A DNA stretch of 64,000 bases, from assembly GCF_026571515.1 (NCBI RefSeq), contig NW_026860174.1, forward strand, positions 1 through 64,000, read 5' to 3'. Shown one piece after another: positions 34,597 through 48,899 of this stretch. Below the pieces are notes generated by a model. That model saw nothing but the letters and a program-made list of their open reading frames with translations, was not told the DNA's origin and ran no database searches. The DNA is from Ruditapes philippinarum (lineage: Eukaryota). The first letter of the stretch is position 1. Each line of letters opens with the position of its first letter. The position numbers and the translations under genes are program-made.

Positions 34597-37312
34597 TCTT
34601 AAGATACAAAAATGACATATAACAATTAATTAGTTAGTTTTCGATGTTATAAGAGTAATCGATGACTAATGAAACACTTCAAAATGGTCGAAATGACAAT
34701 TTAGCATGTTTATTATGTCCAATCAAATATGTTTATTTTATCTTCCTGGCTTGTAGAACGCATTTGTGCATTTTGAATTTCCTGATAAACATAATATTGT
34801 TCGGAATCTCATTTGTCAGATTTATAATTACATAATATAACCAATAAAAAGAAGACTTATCGATATGTAAACAAAAGTGTGTGATTATCAGACGTCCGGC
34901 TATCCAAATCTGACCCGTATTGGCAAGATGCTTTTATAGATATTTGATTACTTTTTTCAAACACATATATCACAGTATAAGCGTTGACTCGTTTTTTTTC
35001 ACCATGCCTATAACAATTTTCTTATCAATTTTTATACATCAATTTCTATGTTCTTTTTCCAAGGTAAGTGAATAAGTTATTTGTCAAAGAATATAAAACT
35101 AAAAGTCTACACTCCAGATTGACACATTTGAAGTACTGATCATTTTAGACAAACCTTTTAAAAGACTACTGACTGAATAGCGAACAGTTCAGATAATGAT
35201 GAGACGATACGGATGTCTTTCTTGTTCTTGGTTTGCACTGGTCGAACGGTAGGGTATAATCTGTTACCACAAGCAATCTAAGAGTTTAACCCAAAAATGT
35301 TTTTATTCTTAAAACTCGAACGTTTTTATTTTTTGTTACTCCGTTACAGTTTCCGAAAAGGTATTCATTGCCCATGATTACAGCTGTATATATTCACCTT
35401 TTGTTTGCGGGTCAAAATTCAAGCAATATTATGTATTGTAGACAAAGTACGTTTTGCAACTTTGATGAGTAATTATTTCACCTTCAATGCTGCTATATTT
35501 GCGTTATAAGTCTCTAAACCTGCTCTTAATAAATTACACATTATAAAGCAAACATTTTCAATTTCTTCAGAGGAAAATTTGCATTTATTTCATAGACTAA
35601 AGGTGACTTTAAGATTTTAATTTAACCACGAAAAATCAATTTTAAAGTCATGTTTCTTTCTTCCTTTTTAAGTTTTAAGCTTTGACAACAGTCATTAAGA
35701 TGATTCAGAATCGTTAAATTGTTTTGTCACCAATAGGATTCATGACAGATAAAAGGACTTATCAAGTACCAAAAGTGGTTTGTAAAAACACATTTGAAAA
35801 ATACAACATAACACTTGTTTGCAATATGTTTTTTGTTTTTCCTTGGACTTTTGAGTAGATATCGCTCTACGGTATTCTCATGTTAAATACCCGACATTAA
35901 TTGGATGTTTTTTTCTTGCTTTTAATTTACTGAGTGAAAACGTTTTCGTAAATAAAAACGGCACTTTTATGTTTGTGATTATGACATATGTACAGGGTCA
36001 TCTGATGTCTTTTCATGTTTAATTTGTAATAAAATGTTCATATTTAAATTAGAGTACATTATGTCCATCACATAGGAGAAGATGTTCTGCCCATATTTTC
36101 TTATTTCCAAATTATTTTCCATTTTTGCTCTAAATAAAATTTTCTCTGCCTTTCAGTTGTATTGTTTCTACTGTTATTTTGTATCTTTTTTGTTGTTGCT
36201 TTTATCAACACAATTAATCAGCTGTTAATCTTAATTCATTATATTAGATAAATTCGTATCAATTAAGGTTCGCATTAACAATGCTGTAACTGGTTCAACT
36301 AAAATGAAACCGTGCTGCAATGTTTTATTTATATTTATTTTACGAACTCTAAGTTGAACATGCTTGTTTTTGTCGTCACGATTTAATGACCATATTTTTT
36401 CAAGGGTTATGATTTTTTTGTAGTGTCTGTCTCTCAGCTTAAGATCGTGAGTTTGAACCCTACTTGGGTCATGGCCATGTTTCCTGTGTTACACCAGTTC
36501 TTGTTAATTTAGGAAGCGGCCATGATAATGGTAAAATAAGCTACAGGATTTCTCCATAATATCCATAATCGACCATGAGGACGGTCGTTATGAAGATATG
36601 TGTACATTTTTATGATGACCGAAAATCGGCATTTTTTCAACAATTTCTTTTAATATTGTATATATATTTACATAAATATCAGGTTTATTTGTTTATAGCG
36701 GGTAACATTTTTGTTTTTACTTCTTATTTTTAAATTTAGTTTTAAATCAGTTGTATTCAAAAAAAAGTTTATGTTAGTATTTAATTATAAATTCAATGTG
36801 ATGACCCAGGCAGCGCGAATGAATTCAATCTAAGAGTTACACTTAAGGCTGTCTTTAGCATAAAATTCCTCAGGAAACAACTTTCACTTTAAATGATACT
36901 TTAAATTTCACCCTGGTGATTCTTTCTTGTAGTAAGGTCGACCTCATTTAATTGGTGTGTTTTTAATTGGTCAAGGAAATTAACTATGGTCAAGGAAGTT
37001 ATAATGTTGAAATCAAATGACATGTGTACAGTTATCTAAACTTTTATACCAAATAAGTAATGTATGTTCTGCAACGCAAATCATTATTTCATATACAGGA
37101 ATATTTTCGGCTTATGTTTACTATAAACTTCAGTTGCATATGAATTAAAGGATATATTACAGGTAACGTTTCATGAAAAACACTTTTATTCTAAGTAAAG
37201 CATACAAACAGATCAGATAATAGATGTATTACAGAGATTGCAAAATATTGCACATAGTCAAAATATACAAGTAAACAGTGCATACGATGTGAGTATGGTC
37301 TTTAAAGACGTT

Positions 37313-39930
37313 TTATTTCTTGTACTTTTTTGGTAGTCCTTTGGGACGATATTTATTCGGATCTCCTCCGTTACGTCCATGCTCATTGGCTCTTTGATCA
37401 GCTGCTCTGTCCGCGGCGCTGTCACCCTTGAAAAATCCATAAGCTTCACGAGCATCACTGAAAATTATGCATTTTTATTTTTGTGAAATTATACTCGTAT
37501 ATATTCACATATTACATATTGATACGAAAAATTATGATTTCAAAAGAATTAATATCATGGCGACATATGTGTTTGTCTAAATGATTTCAATTTTGAAATT
37601 GTTCTCCTGACAAGTTTAAAGTGGACATTACTTGAACGATTGTAAAAATAATTTATCTCTTTACATGAGTAAAAAAATCCCGAAAAAAATTGAGTCCGTT
37701 TCAACCTTTGAGCAGCTGGACACATTCAACTGATCAATGCTCACACAGTGAAAAAGGTTCTTAATTATCCAATTTTGACATCGACCATGCACTAGTGTTA
37801 AGCCAAATGTTATATATTAATGACCTAAAAGCTTATATATTGTCAAAAATGAAAAACTAAAATTGTAACTAGATACGATTGTCTTAAATATATTAAGCGA
37901 AAAAATAAATTGAACTGAAAATATTGCTTAAAGTTAAGGCGGCACATCTTGTTTTCTTTGTTGCAGCGAAACAGGTTCGCATCCAGTAACCTCTAATAAA
38001 CCAATTCGATTAATGTTTCTCACAATTATTGATGATCATTGCGATAAGATGATCCAAAAATGTAATAAGTATAGAAGTAAAGATCATCAATACAGTTAAA
38101 CATGCTTTTATCTAGACGGTTATTTAAATACTACCCCTTTCGTCTTTAAACATTATTTAGGTATTTCTCAGACCCGTCATGGACAGAGGGTGTTTCACTT
38201 TAATTATATATTTATTATGGACTAAAAATGACAAATATTGCAAATATGGTACTTGATAATTTCAAAGGCAGGCTTATGAAAAAAAAATTCACGATCAAAG
38301 TAATTTTGACGAGATAAATCAATAAACTTTTAAGAAAATTTAAGCATTTGAAGACAGCCTCTCATTTTGGTAAATTTTAGGGATATTTTGATTTAGCCTC
38401 TTAAAGTAACAAAATGGTCAAACAACATTACCAATACTTTATTCGGAAAACATAAATGCCTTGTACGATTTCTATGATTCAAATGGTGACTTGCATGGAA
38501 TCCATGATTCAAAAGTTGTCTTGCACGAAAATCATCTTTCGAAATGTGTATTGTACGAAATTCACTGCTCCAACTCAGTCGTGCATCGCTATAACATTAT
38601 AATTATGTACAGTGCTCAATCAGTATGATCTTTTTATAAGCTGTGTTACTCTCAAGTTCGTATTACACAGATAAGTAGTAAAAGTGAGAGTATTTTAGAG
38701 AATACATTTATAAGTGTTATAAGATTCAAGAGTACCTGATGAACTTCGCCGCATGTCTCCCACCAGTTCCATGTGTAGCGGCATCAGCATTTCCCCTTGC
38801 GTGAAAGTACTTATCAGAGTTTTTCCAGTTTGCTTCTTTCATGTCACTGTAAAAATAGAATCATTAATGTATTTTTGATTTGATAACTAACTGAATCCAT
38901 TTTCATACTTATTATATAAGATTTTGTCTTGTCTATAGCAGATAACTTCCCGTTCTCTGAACCGATTTATGGCTGTGCCTCGACCTACTGTAATACTTGA
39001 TATGATCTATTTGCGAAATTGGTGCAACAGTCACAAATTTGTCACGAAGATGGCGTTGGCGGATATAATCATATCACCGAAATGCTCCATAATTCCATGC
39101 AGTTGACTTAAACGTACCGGGTTTTTTTGGCAAACGTGCCTATGAATCTGTCCAAATGCAGATGTAGTGTCAAGTGAAAATAGTGAAGTTAAAGCAATAT
39201 GCTCATTAGTTCACAATTTACAAACAATCTGATTAAAATCAGCTATAAAATAACACACCGTTTGTACGGTATATATGAAAAACATACAATCTGAACTTTA
39301 GTCTGATTGCAATAAAGCAGAGACAGACAATGAACTCTTTAGATTGCTTAATTGGAATTTTCATGAAATGGTACATATACTTTTTGACTACATGTCAGTT
39401 TCACAATAGAAATAAGTGACGTTGAATTCACGGACAAATGTATACTAGACCCTTTGTCTTCATATTAATTGGTTCGAATTCCACCAAAGAGTAATAATGT
39501 TCTAACAATGTCTATCCCTATTGCATTGTAGATGTGACTGGAAAAACGATCAAACAAAATTTACATAAATTCAATGCTAAACTGCATTAAACTAGAACAA
39601 AACATGATAAATAAGATTTCAGTATATTCTTCATGTACACAACAACTTAGACTGTATTAATGTAAGATATGTAAAATTACTAAAACTGAAATATTACTTG
39701 TAAGCCCTTTGCATTTTTTTCGCCCCATTTATTACACCAGAAACATAATCTTTTGCTCTTTGCCATGCTCTGCCGATGCTGCTGCTGCTGCCGCCGCCGC
39801 CGCCGCTGCTGCTGCTGCTGCTTTCATGGTCTACTGCCAAAGTCGCCTCAAATTGCACTGCAGCAACCTTCAAAGTCACGAAAAGCAGCAATATAAAAGC
39901 CATGTCTGTCACCCTCGTTTTAATGAACAT
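37313..39930 (-). CDS. SAA: Serum amyloid A family protein, copy 3 (~162 aa)
   Basis: Exons 39930-39698, 38846-38736 and 37457-37313 give [24 protein letters not shown]...[126 protein letters not shown]. Confidence 0.95.
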
Positions 39931-41859
39931 CTTTCAGCGATGATGTCGTCAAGAAACCAAAATGAACTATAATGATTAATTAGTTTTTTATCGTGACATA
40001 TTTATGGCAACAGTTTTACACATAACCATCACGTTAGTTATATTATTAACTACTTCGATTTCGTGTGGATATGGTAAAAACAGATATTGTTAATAAGATG
40101 AATTACAGATCTTCCTCTGATTTAATAGATTTTTTGTTATATAAATGACGTAATATATTCATGTATCGATTATGACCTTAATATAAATTCAATATTAAAC
40201 AATTTTTACTATTTTTTAAAGAACTCAATATAAAACTTTTCATAAAGTAATGTTTATTAAGCTTTACAAAATGCAATTTGCTATGAATGAGTTGAATATA
40301 GCTTAGGATTAGAAAGTTATTACCTTTAGGGCAAATGAAATAATAATAAGCAAAACATGTTAAAATGGTTGACATAGGAATAATAATTGTGTCGAATATT
40401 TGATAATTTAGGCTGTAAATGCATTACACAATGGCATCATTATAAACATAGAGATCTTTTAAATATAACAATGCAATTTGTTGGAATAATAATATGATTT
40501 GAAAGTTATTATCTGTTGCATACCAACCTGTAATGTTTCGATGGGTTACACCCCTCCTTAAATCACATAAATTCTTCATTTTTCTTACAAAATGTTATTT
40601 ACAAATTGTTCTCCAAACACAGTGCTTTCCAAAGTTATTTTATTTGATAAATGCTTTGTATCAAACAAATATAGTTAAGCTGTTGCAATCATGTTCAAAT
40701 TGTGAACTTGTTATGGTTTCCTTCCATCTATATCCTATATGATTTTAAAATTATTATTATTTATTATTATTCTGATAAATGCTTCAACTGTGCCTTTTTC
40801 GAATTGTAAAATTGTTATGGTTTCTATCAATATATATAATCTAAAAGATAATCTTTTTGATAAATGTTTTGTATCATACAAAAAATATAGTTTTACGGTT
40901 TTGATTATCATACAATTGTAAAATACTAAATGCCTGTACCTGTTTTCTCCTTCAAATGTTTTTCCCTGTCGGATTGAACGCTAAATCAGCTTTAACTATT
41001 TATATTTTGAAATGTCTTGCAGGTTTAATTGCCTTAGGGATATTGTATTGTTATGCGCAAAATTTGTATTGTCATTCAAATTACGTTTAAAAAGTTGTCA
41101 ACAGCCATAAAGTGGAAACTAAAAAAATGCATCCTGTTATTTTGCATCATTTTGACGTATGTACAGTGGCACAAAGGTGACGTGTGTGTGTTTTTATTTA
41201 TCTCGTGCGTACGATAAACAAATACGCGTAAACAAAGATCAAGTAAAGATATACGTGAATACAGGTCTATAAATATTTTAGGGTATTGTAGTTTACCTAT
41301 TTTCAAAGATTAATTACCATTAATAACAACAATTTAAAAAGCAATTACAAATTAAGCATATGAAAACCTAGGAAGATGTATGTTACTATAAGGGTATAGC
41401 AATATGATAACGGGACCATAAGTTATTAAATGACTCAGGTTTGAATAACTTGGTGTGAGAAGAGAAATTTTGTCTTAATACAAGACCCAACTTGCGTTTA
41501 AGGATTAAAGATTGAAAACAACAACCAGAATTTCTTCATATTTTATTTATTAATAATTAGTTACCCTATGACAAAAACACAATATCGATTAGACGCAACG
41601 TTAAACCATTCGAAACCATATCGATTAACATTGAATACATAGGAAATATCTGTGCGTGCGTGAGCGTTTATGTGTTTATATATATGTAAATAATTTCACA
41701 CATTTTATTGATACTTTGCTCTGATTTAGTAATATTGTTTGTATAGAGTTAAACAAAAATATTTTTGATCTATTTTAGAGATCAGTTGATGAGTGCTTTT
41801 CTTGTTATCTTTTGAACAACTTACATGCACAATGTTTAACCATAAAACCATTTAAAAAT

Positions 41860-43560
41860 TTATAAATCTTGTCAAACTGGCGAGCAATAAGTGAAAATAT
41901 GAGATTACTTTATGGTGTGATAAAGTATGCAGACAAGAATGATAAACCGGGACTGTTATTCTTTGTTGAGTTTGGAAAAAGAAAATCGGTAACAAAAAAT
42001 ACAATTACGTATTTAAAACTTAAGATCTTTTTTAACTTTGGACAAACTAAATGGCATGGCTTGAATTAATTAACAAAGACCCACAAATTGCAAATTCTTC
42101 AATGGCCTATTAAATGTCTATTAAAAGAGGAGTACGACAAGGCTGTCAATTAACCGTACATTTTTATCTGAGAAATTGAATTTCTGTAAAAGCTATTAGA
42201 CAAAACAAAATTATTAAAGGATGTAGAATTAAAAATAGCCTCTTTGCTGACGATGCAACTTTACTATTAAATGGTATATTTGACCGCTTTGTATCAACCA
42301 TGTACATATTTGGACATTTTTCTATTTCCGCTCTTAAAACTTAATTACAAGAAATGTACAGTTCTCAGAATAGACTCACTAAATAACTTATATGATCTAA
42401 TTTACTGTAGAAAAAAATTGTACATTCGAATGTTCAACAACATTATGCATAACATTCCATTCTAAATGTGATTTTATAATTAAATTGGATTTTGAGAATA
42501 AATCAATCAATCTAAAGTAGATAAAAATAGATGCAGAGAAACAAATGGTAATTTTTTCGCCTTAAAGTTCTAAGTGATAAAATTATGGAAACAATTACAC
42601 AACACTGTTTTGAATCTATTCGGTACTCAAAAAGGGAGAAAGTTATTACTATACAAAACTTTGAATATGGATGATCGGATTGATTGGATATAAAAGACTT
42701 GCAAATTTTTATTAACTCAGTTAAATCAATCTAGGCCAAAAGGTTATTATGGATTGTGAAAGAAATAATAAAGAGGATTTTTAAATAGGTGGAACCGATT
42801 TATTCAAAAGTAATCTAAACACAAATGAATATACAGAAATTAAAATTAAAACATGACTACGGTCATGGAGTAAAAAAAAAAAAAAATTCACAAAATCTAT
42901 TATACCAAATTATTTAGCAAAATTTACAATTAAAAATAATGAATCTTTATATATATTTTTTTTCAAAAATGGAAACTTAATGTAGAAATATCAATCACAT
43001 TTAAGATTAAAGCTATTTTTTACACTAAAATAAAACAATTTAAATCTTTTGACCAGCTGAAAAAATATTTTAACATTCCTAATACATAGATATTTAAATT
43101 TTACAAACTAACTTTATCAATACCAAAAGAATGAAAACATGATATAATACACTGCCTGTAGAAATAAGCACTTTTAGTATCACAGAAAAAAAGAAATCGT
43201 CTCGTCCAATGTCAGTAAAAAGCTAACACAGATTCAAGAGCAAATGAGACTGTGACAACATTGCAAATAAATTTGAAAAAATGAATTTCCCCAAACAGAA
43301 TTTCAATGGCAAAGTATCTACGAAACGTTTGCAACACTTCAAAGATAATATTTTACGAAAGTTTCAACTTAATTTTTACACAGGGACATTGCAAAAACAC
43401 GTTTCTCCTTCAATGTAAATTTACCAAGTAAAGTCTTTGTGGTTGTTGCTGCATGGATATTGAAAGTATAAAGCATCTGTTCTGGAACTGGCAAACTGCA
43501 GACATTTTCTGGAGCAATCTATTCAAATGGCTAAATGAGATAGGAATAAGTGTATCGTAT
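41860..43560 (+). mobile_element. Decayed L1/Tx1-clade LINE ORF2 (reverse transcriptase) relic
   Basis: Fragmentary motifs in the expected order: NWR.IS / ENMRLLYGVIKY...PGLLFFVEF.K (41870-41980), KRGVRQGC (42123-42146), LFADDAT (42240-42260), and the C-terminal zinc-knuckle region ESIKHLFW (43462-43485). Many stops and frameshifts. A related fragment GLITRIPKPNK...NWR lies at ~32435-32495. Confidence 0.85.
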
Positions 43561-45895
43561 GGTAATTTTACATCTTTTTTCGCTCTTAAGAGCTAGATAA
43601 GACAACGTCATAATTTTTCCTTTTCTAAAAAAACCCCCCTACAAATAACAAACTCCAGACGTAAGTATTTAAAAATGAAGCAGTTAAACAGTTTAAAAAT
43701 TGAAAGATTTCTTTTTGCATTACAGAATGATATATTAGAAGACTTGAAAATTGCTGCATAATTTCTAATAGAATTTTTTCTAATTAAATTTTTATTATCT
43801 AAAATAATATCTGCATATAGAAAACCTACCAAAGCAGTTTATTTACACTTATTCCTTTTTCCTGTGTACTTGTAATTGGGGACTATACGCCGCTTTTCAT
43901 GGAATGGCACGGAAGTGTCACATTGAAGGTTCCATGATAACCGCCGTATGAACACATCTGCAGATGTTTCAAAATTCTAAATTTTACCATTTCATGTTTA
44001 AATGTTGAATTCTGCTTAAGGCGTGCTAGGGGGCGTGGACGGTAGTTTGCACTTTACAGTACCGTCCATGAACAGACTCGATCAAACCGAGCCTGCAACA
44101 TTTTCAATTTTGCCGTGTTGGGCTTTCTTTAGGGATTCTAATTTTCTCTATTTTAATAATATATATTTGATCTTCTTAACTTCATTTAATGTCTTAATTC
44201 CCCTACTTTCCCTATTTATAATCAACAACAGAAAGTATTTACAAACATAAAATGTTATATATTATCTACGTAAATGCTATAGTTGTAATATATGTGTTAT
44301 TGTAAGTGTTTACACAAGATAAATTAAATGAACAAAACAAAAAACAAAATGATTATGAAAATAAAAAAATATTCTCTTGATGTACCTGTATGATTTTCCT
44401 CTCTCTCTCTCTCTACGAACTCTTTATTTGCTGTACGCCTTAAGAAAATATTTAGAACTTTTTGGCGTTAACTATTTACCTGCTTGAACAGAAAGTGATT
44501 AGATTTGGCCACCAGTAAAGGCTGACTAGGCTCTATACTGTTGGTTGATTTAAATTCACATTTTAAAGTTCGCAGTATTGATAATGGACAGTTTTATAAA
44601 TAGAAGCTGAACAAGTCCATTTAAGAATTTCAGCATGTTTAGGCTGTCCTGTGACAATTATAACATGCCTTAGCCTACTGAATACTTCTCTATACTGGTG
44701 GTGTCTCCATTTTGGTATATTCATTAAGACGTTCCTGCATATTACAATGGATTAATGCATATTCAAAACGGGACAACCCATTACAAAAATAAAGCATGTT
44801 TAAGGGTTGAAGATGTGAATCTCGAAGTTTATTTGAGGTTAAATGACCAAAGTTAATAATGTACTTCAAGCATGTTTTATTTAAAGGGACTCCATTGATG
44901 TTTTTTGACATGGCGGGACTGAATTTTTTCGGAATAAATGTCCCGGTTGATGTAGGTCTAAACCAAAAGCCTTTGTGCAAAACTTTAGGGCATTCGCTTA
45001 CTCCGTTAATTATATTAAATGTACAAAATGACCCAAAATCGAAAAAGCGTTGCAACGTTTTACACCTCAAAAAAGCACAAAAAAACGATATTCAAGTATA
45101 TTTTGTACTATCTTTGCATATCTTTCTGTTTAAGGTGCCCAAGATTAATAATGAAAGAATTTAAATTTTTATGTCTTTCGGCTTTTAAACTTCGTTGAGT
45201 CCTTATAAATCTTTGATTACTTCGCAATATCAATATATATTTAACAGTTTGTGCACTAGAAAGCATATGACTTTTCTATAGTTATCACTTTCCCTGTCGT
45301 CACAATAAGTAAAACTCAAAATGTTACTCGTATTGAACTTCATTTCAAATGTTAATATAATTACTTTTTTAACAAGAACAGTGATTGAAAATAAAATGTA
45401 TACTGACACAACTGTAAGTGTAAAATTGTAATCAAAGTACAGAAATACCGATGGGCTGGATATCTGTCACTCTGTTTTACACACCTCTTTATGAACAGAA
45501 AAACACGGTACTATTTCATAAACGATGAACGTCATTTTGGTAAGCAGTTGGTAGTAGGATATTCGAATAACCAACTACCTACTAGCTGATTTTTAACACT
45601 CAACTATTTAACAGCTGGTGCTTGGTAATTCAATCCACTAGTAAAAGTATGTAATGTTCAAACACATCATACATTTTTTTAACACAGAATCAAGGAGGGG
45701 ACCTAGTTGATTGTTCGCGCGAATCCCCATCTACTCACCAGAATAGCATGGTTTACCCTCAAAACAGAAAGTATCTTTCCGAAATTAAACGGATGTATAG
45801 AAAGATAGGTGCGGTTTTCAACATTTAAACAAACTGTCTCCTTATGACCACAATGAGAGCCAGACTCGCGCGAATCGCCTAACTACCTACTAAAG

Positions 45896-46062
45896 GTACT
45901 ACTTATATTTTTGGAGGATACGTACGACTAATATGTTTTGGAGGATACGTACTGCTTATATATTTTGGAGGATACGTACTACTTATGTATTTTGGAGGAT
46001 ACGTACTACTTATATATTTAAGAGGTTACGTACCACTTATATATTTTGGAGGAAACGTACCA
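45896..46062. repeat. 27-bp minisatellite, ~6 copies
   Basis: GTACTACTTATATATTTTGGAGGATAC units; they translate as the WRIRTTYIF repeats of ORF 45933..46142. Confidence 0.9.
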
Positions 46063-48899
46063 TGGAGTGGTTTAGTGGAACTGAAAAAACAATACATACA
46101 TTGAACTTATACATTGATTTGTTTGTAAATATGAGCCTGTAAATAGAATGTTTAAGACGTAATATGACACTGTATGTGTTTGTATGTAATTTAGAAATGT
46201 GTTAAATATGTAGAAAAAAATATTTCTTTTTTTCCGTATTTTTTTATCTAAGATAAGTAACTTTGTTTGGTACATTTAACTGCATATAAAATATTATTGT
46301 TATTAATTATTTTGCCTCATTTAGTTCAGTTTAGTAAATAAAACTTAAAAATATTAGTTTTTTTATATTTGTTAATTGTGGTTTGTTGTTTCATTGTAAT
46401 CATGTTCATTTCATTTTAGAGCGTGTCTTATTATTATTGTTGTTAATTATTTCATTGTATGTTTAGTTCAGTTTAGCGCGTATAAATAAATCTTAATAAT
46501 TTATTTATAGATAATTGTGGTTTGTGTTTCATTGTACTCATGTCCATTTCAGTTAGGTGCTGTAAATAAAACTTATTTATTATCGTAAATTGTGGTTTGT
46601 TGTTTATTCTTCTTATATATTTGTATATTCATGGACGCAACGACGATTATTTTGAGATATGTGTACATTTTTTGATGACAGAGTTTAATTTGGAATAAGT
46701 TGGATTAACACAAACCAAAATGTTATGTCAAATGTGAAAAGAATAAACTCCTTCTCAAGGCTGCACGAACAGTTGGATTACAAATCATCACTAATGTTAG
46801 GGATCAATTCAATTCCTAGGCGGCTAAAATAAACTCAACCTTTTCGTTACACTTACAGTTGACCTTAAATCACAATTCTTTAGAAAGCACAATGGACGAG
46901 TGCTTTTGTTTTATTTTTCTCCTGATGAATCTTTATTGTAGTAAGGTCAAAGACATCATATTAGTGGTTTTTCTGTCTTCGAAACAAATGTTTGGTAGAC
47001 GAAGTACAACTTTGTTTACCTTTTGCAACTTTGATGAGTAGTTATTTCACATTCAATGCTGCTATATTTGCGTTATAAGCCTCTAAACCTGGTCTTAATA
47101 AGTTATTTTAACACATTATAAAGCTAAGGTTTTCAAATTCTTCAGAGTAAAATTTGCATTCATTTCGTAGACTAAAGGTGACTTTAAAATTTTAATTTAA
47201 CAATGAAAAATCAATTTAAAAGTCATGCTTTTTCTTCCTTTTTAAGTTTGAGCTTTGACAGCAATCATTTAGATGATTCATAATCGTTTAATTGTTTTGT
47301 CAACAATAGTATTCATTACAGATAAAAGGATATAAAGTATCAAAAGTGGTTTCTAAAAATACATTTGAAAAATACAACATAACAATTGTTTGCAATATGA
47401 TATTATTTGTTTTTCCTTGGACTTTTGAGAAGATGTCGCTCTACGGTATTCTCATGTTTAAATAACCGACATTTATTGCATGCTTTTTTCTTACTTTTAA
47501 TTAAATGAGGGAATACGTTTTCGTGAATAAAAACGGCACTTTTATGTTTGTGATTATGGCATATGTATAGGGTCATCTACTGTCTTTTCATGTTTAATAT
47601 GATGTCTTTTCAGGTTTAATTTGTAATAAAATGTTCATATTTTAATTAGAAAACATTATGTCCATTTTGCAAAACATCACATTGGAGAAGATGTTCTGCG
47701 CATATTTTTTTATTTCCAAATTCTTTTCCATTTTTGCTTTAAATGAAATTTACCCTGCCTTTCAGTTGTATTGTTTTCTTCTTTTTTGTTGCTTATTTTA
47801 TCAGCACGATTAATCAGCTGTTTATCTTAATTTATTACATAAGATAAATTCGTATCTATTAGGGTTCGCGTTTACAATGCGCTAACTGGTTCAGAACGAA
47901 ACCGTACTGCAATGTTTTATTTATATTTATATTACGACTCTTAGTTGAAAATGTTTTTTTATTTCGTTTGTTTGTTTGTTTGTTTTTATCACGATTAAAT
48001 GACCATTATATCAGGGTTATGATATTTTTGTAGTGTCTGCCTCTCAGCTTAAGATCGTGAGTTCGTACCCTACTTGGGTCATGGCCATGTTTCCTGTGTT
48101 ACACCAGTTCTTGTTAATTTAGGAAGCGGACATGATAATGGTAAATAAGCTACAAGATTTCTCCATAATGTCCATAATCGACCATGAGGATGGTCGCTTG
48201 GTAGATATGTGTACATTTTTATGATGACCGAAAATCATTTTTTAATATTGTATATATGTTTACATAAATATCAGATTTATTTGTTTAAAGAGGGTAATAA
48301 TTTTTGTTTTACTTCTTGTTTTTAATTTTAGTTTTAAATCAGTTGTATTCAAAACATAACTTATGTTAGTATTTAATTATAAATTCAATGTGATGTCCAA
48401 GGCAGCTCGGACGAGTTCAATCTTAGGGTAACACTAACGGCTTAACATAAAATTCCTCAGCAAATAACTTTCACTTGAAATGAAAATTGATGAGTGTTAC
48501 TTTAAATTTCACCCTGGTCATTCTTTTTTGTAGTAAGTTCAACCTCATCAATTGGTGTTTGTTTTAATTAACTATGGTCAAGGAAGTTTTAATGTTGAAA
48601 TCAATTGACATGTGTACAGTAATCTAAACTTTTATACCACATATTAAGCAATGTATGTTCTGCAATGCAAATCATTATTTCATATACAGGAATCTTTTCG
48701 GCTAATGTATACTGTAAACTTCAGTTGCTTATGAATCAAAAAATACATTACAGGTAATGTTTCATGAAAAAACACTTTTATTTTAGGTAAAGCATACAAA
48801 CAGATAAAAGATGTATTACAGAGATTGCAAAATATGGCACATAGTCAAAATATACAAGTAAACAGTGCATACGGTATGAGTGGAGTCATTTAAGACGTT

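Larger units (their letters stand above)
35440..44840. repeat. Segmental duplication unit A (contains SAA copy 3), paralogous to 46995-55918
   Basis: Near-collinear high identity over ~9 kb including introns, promoter and LINE relic. For example, ORF MSNWRAISEN occurs at 41869 and 53386, and MKIGKLQYPK at 41306 and 52828. Confidence 0.92.

Noticed and set aside
36420-36480. tRNA-like sequence (also ~32570, ~48030, ~57315)
   Set aside because: No full cloverleaf; these are decayed SINE heads.
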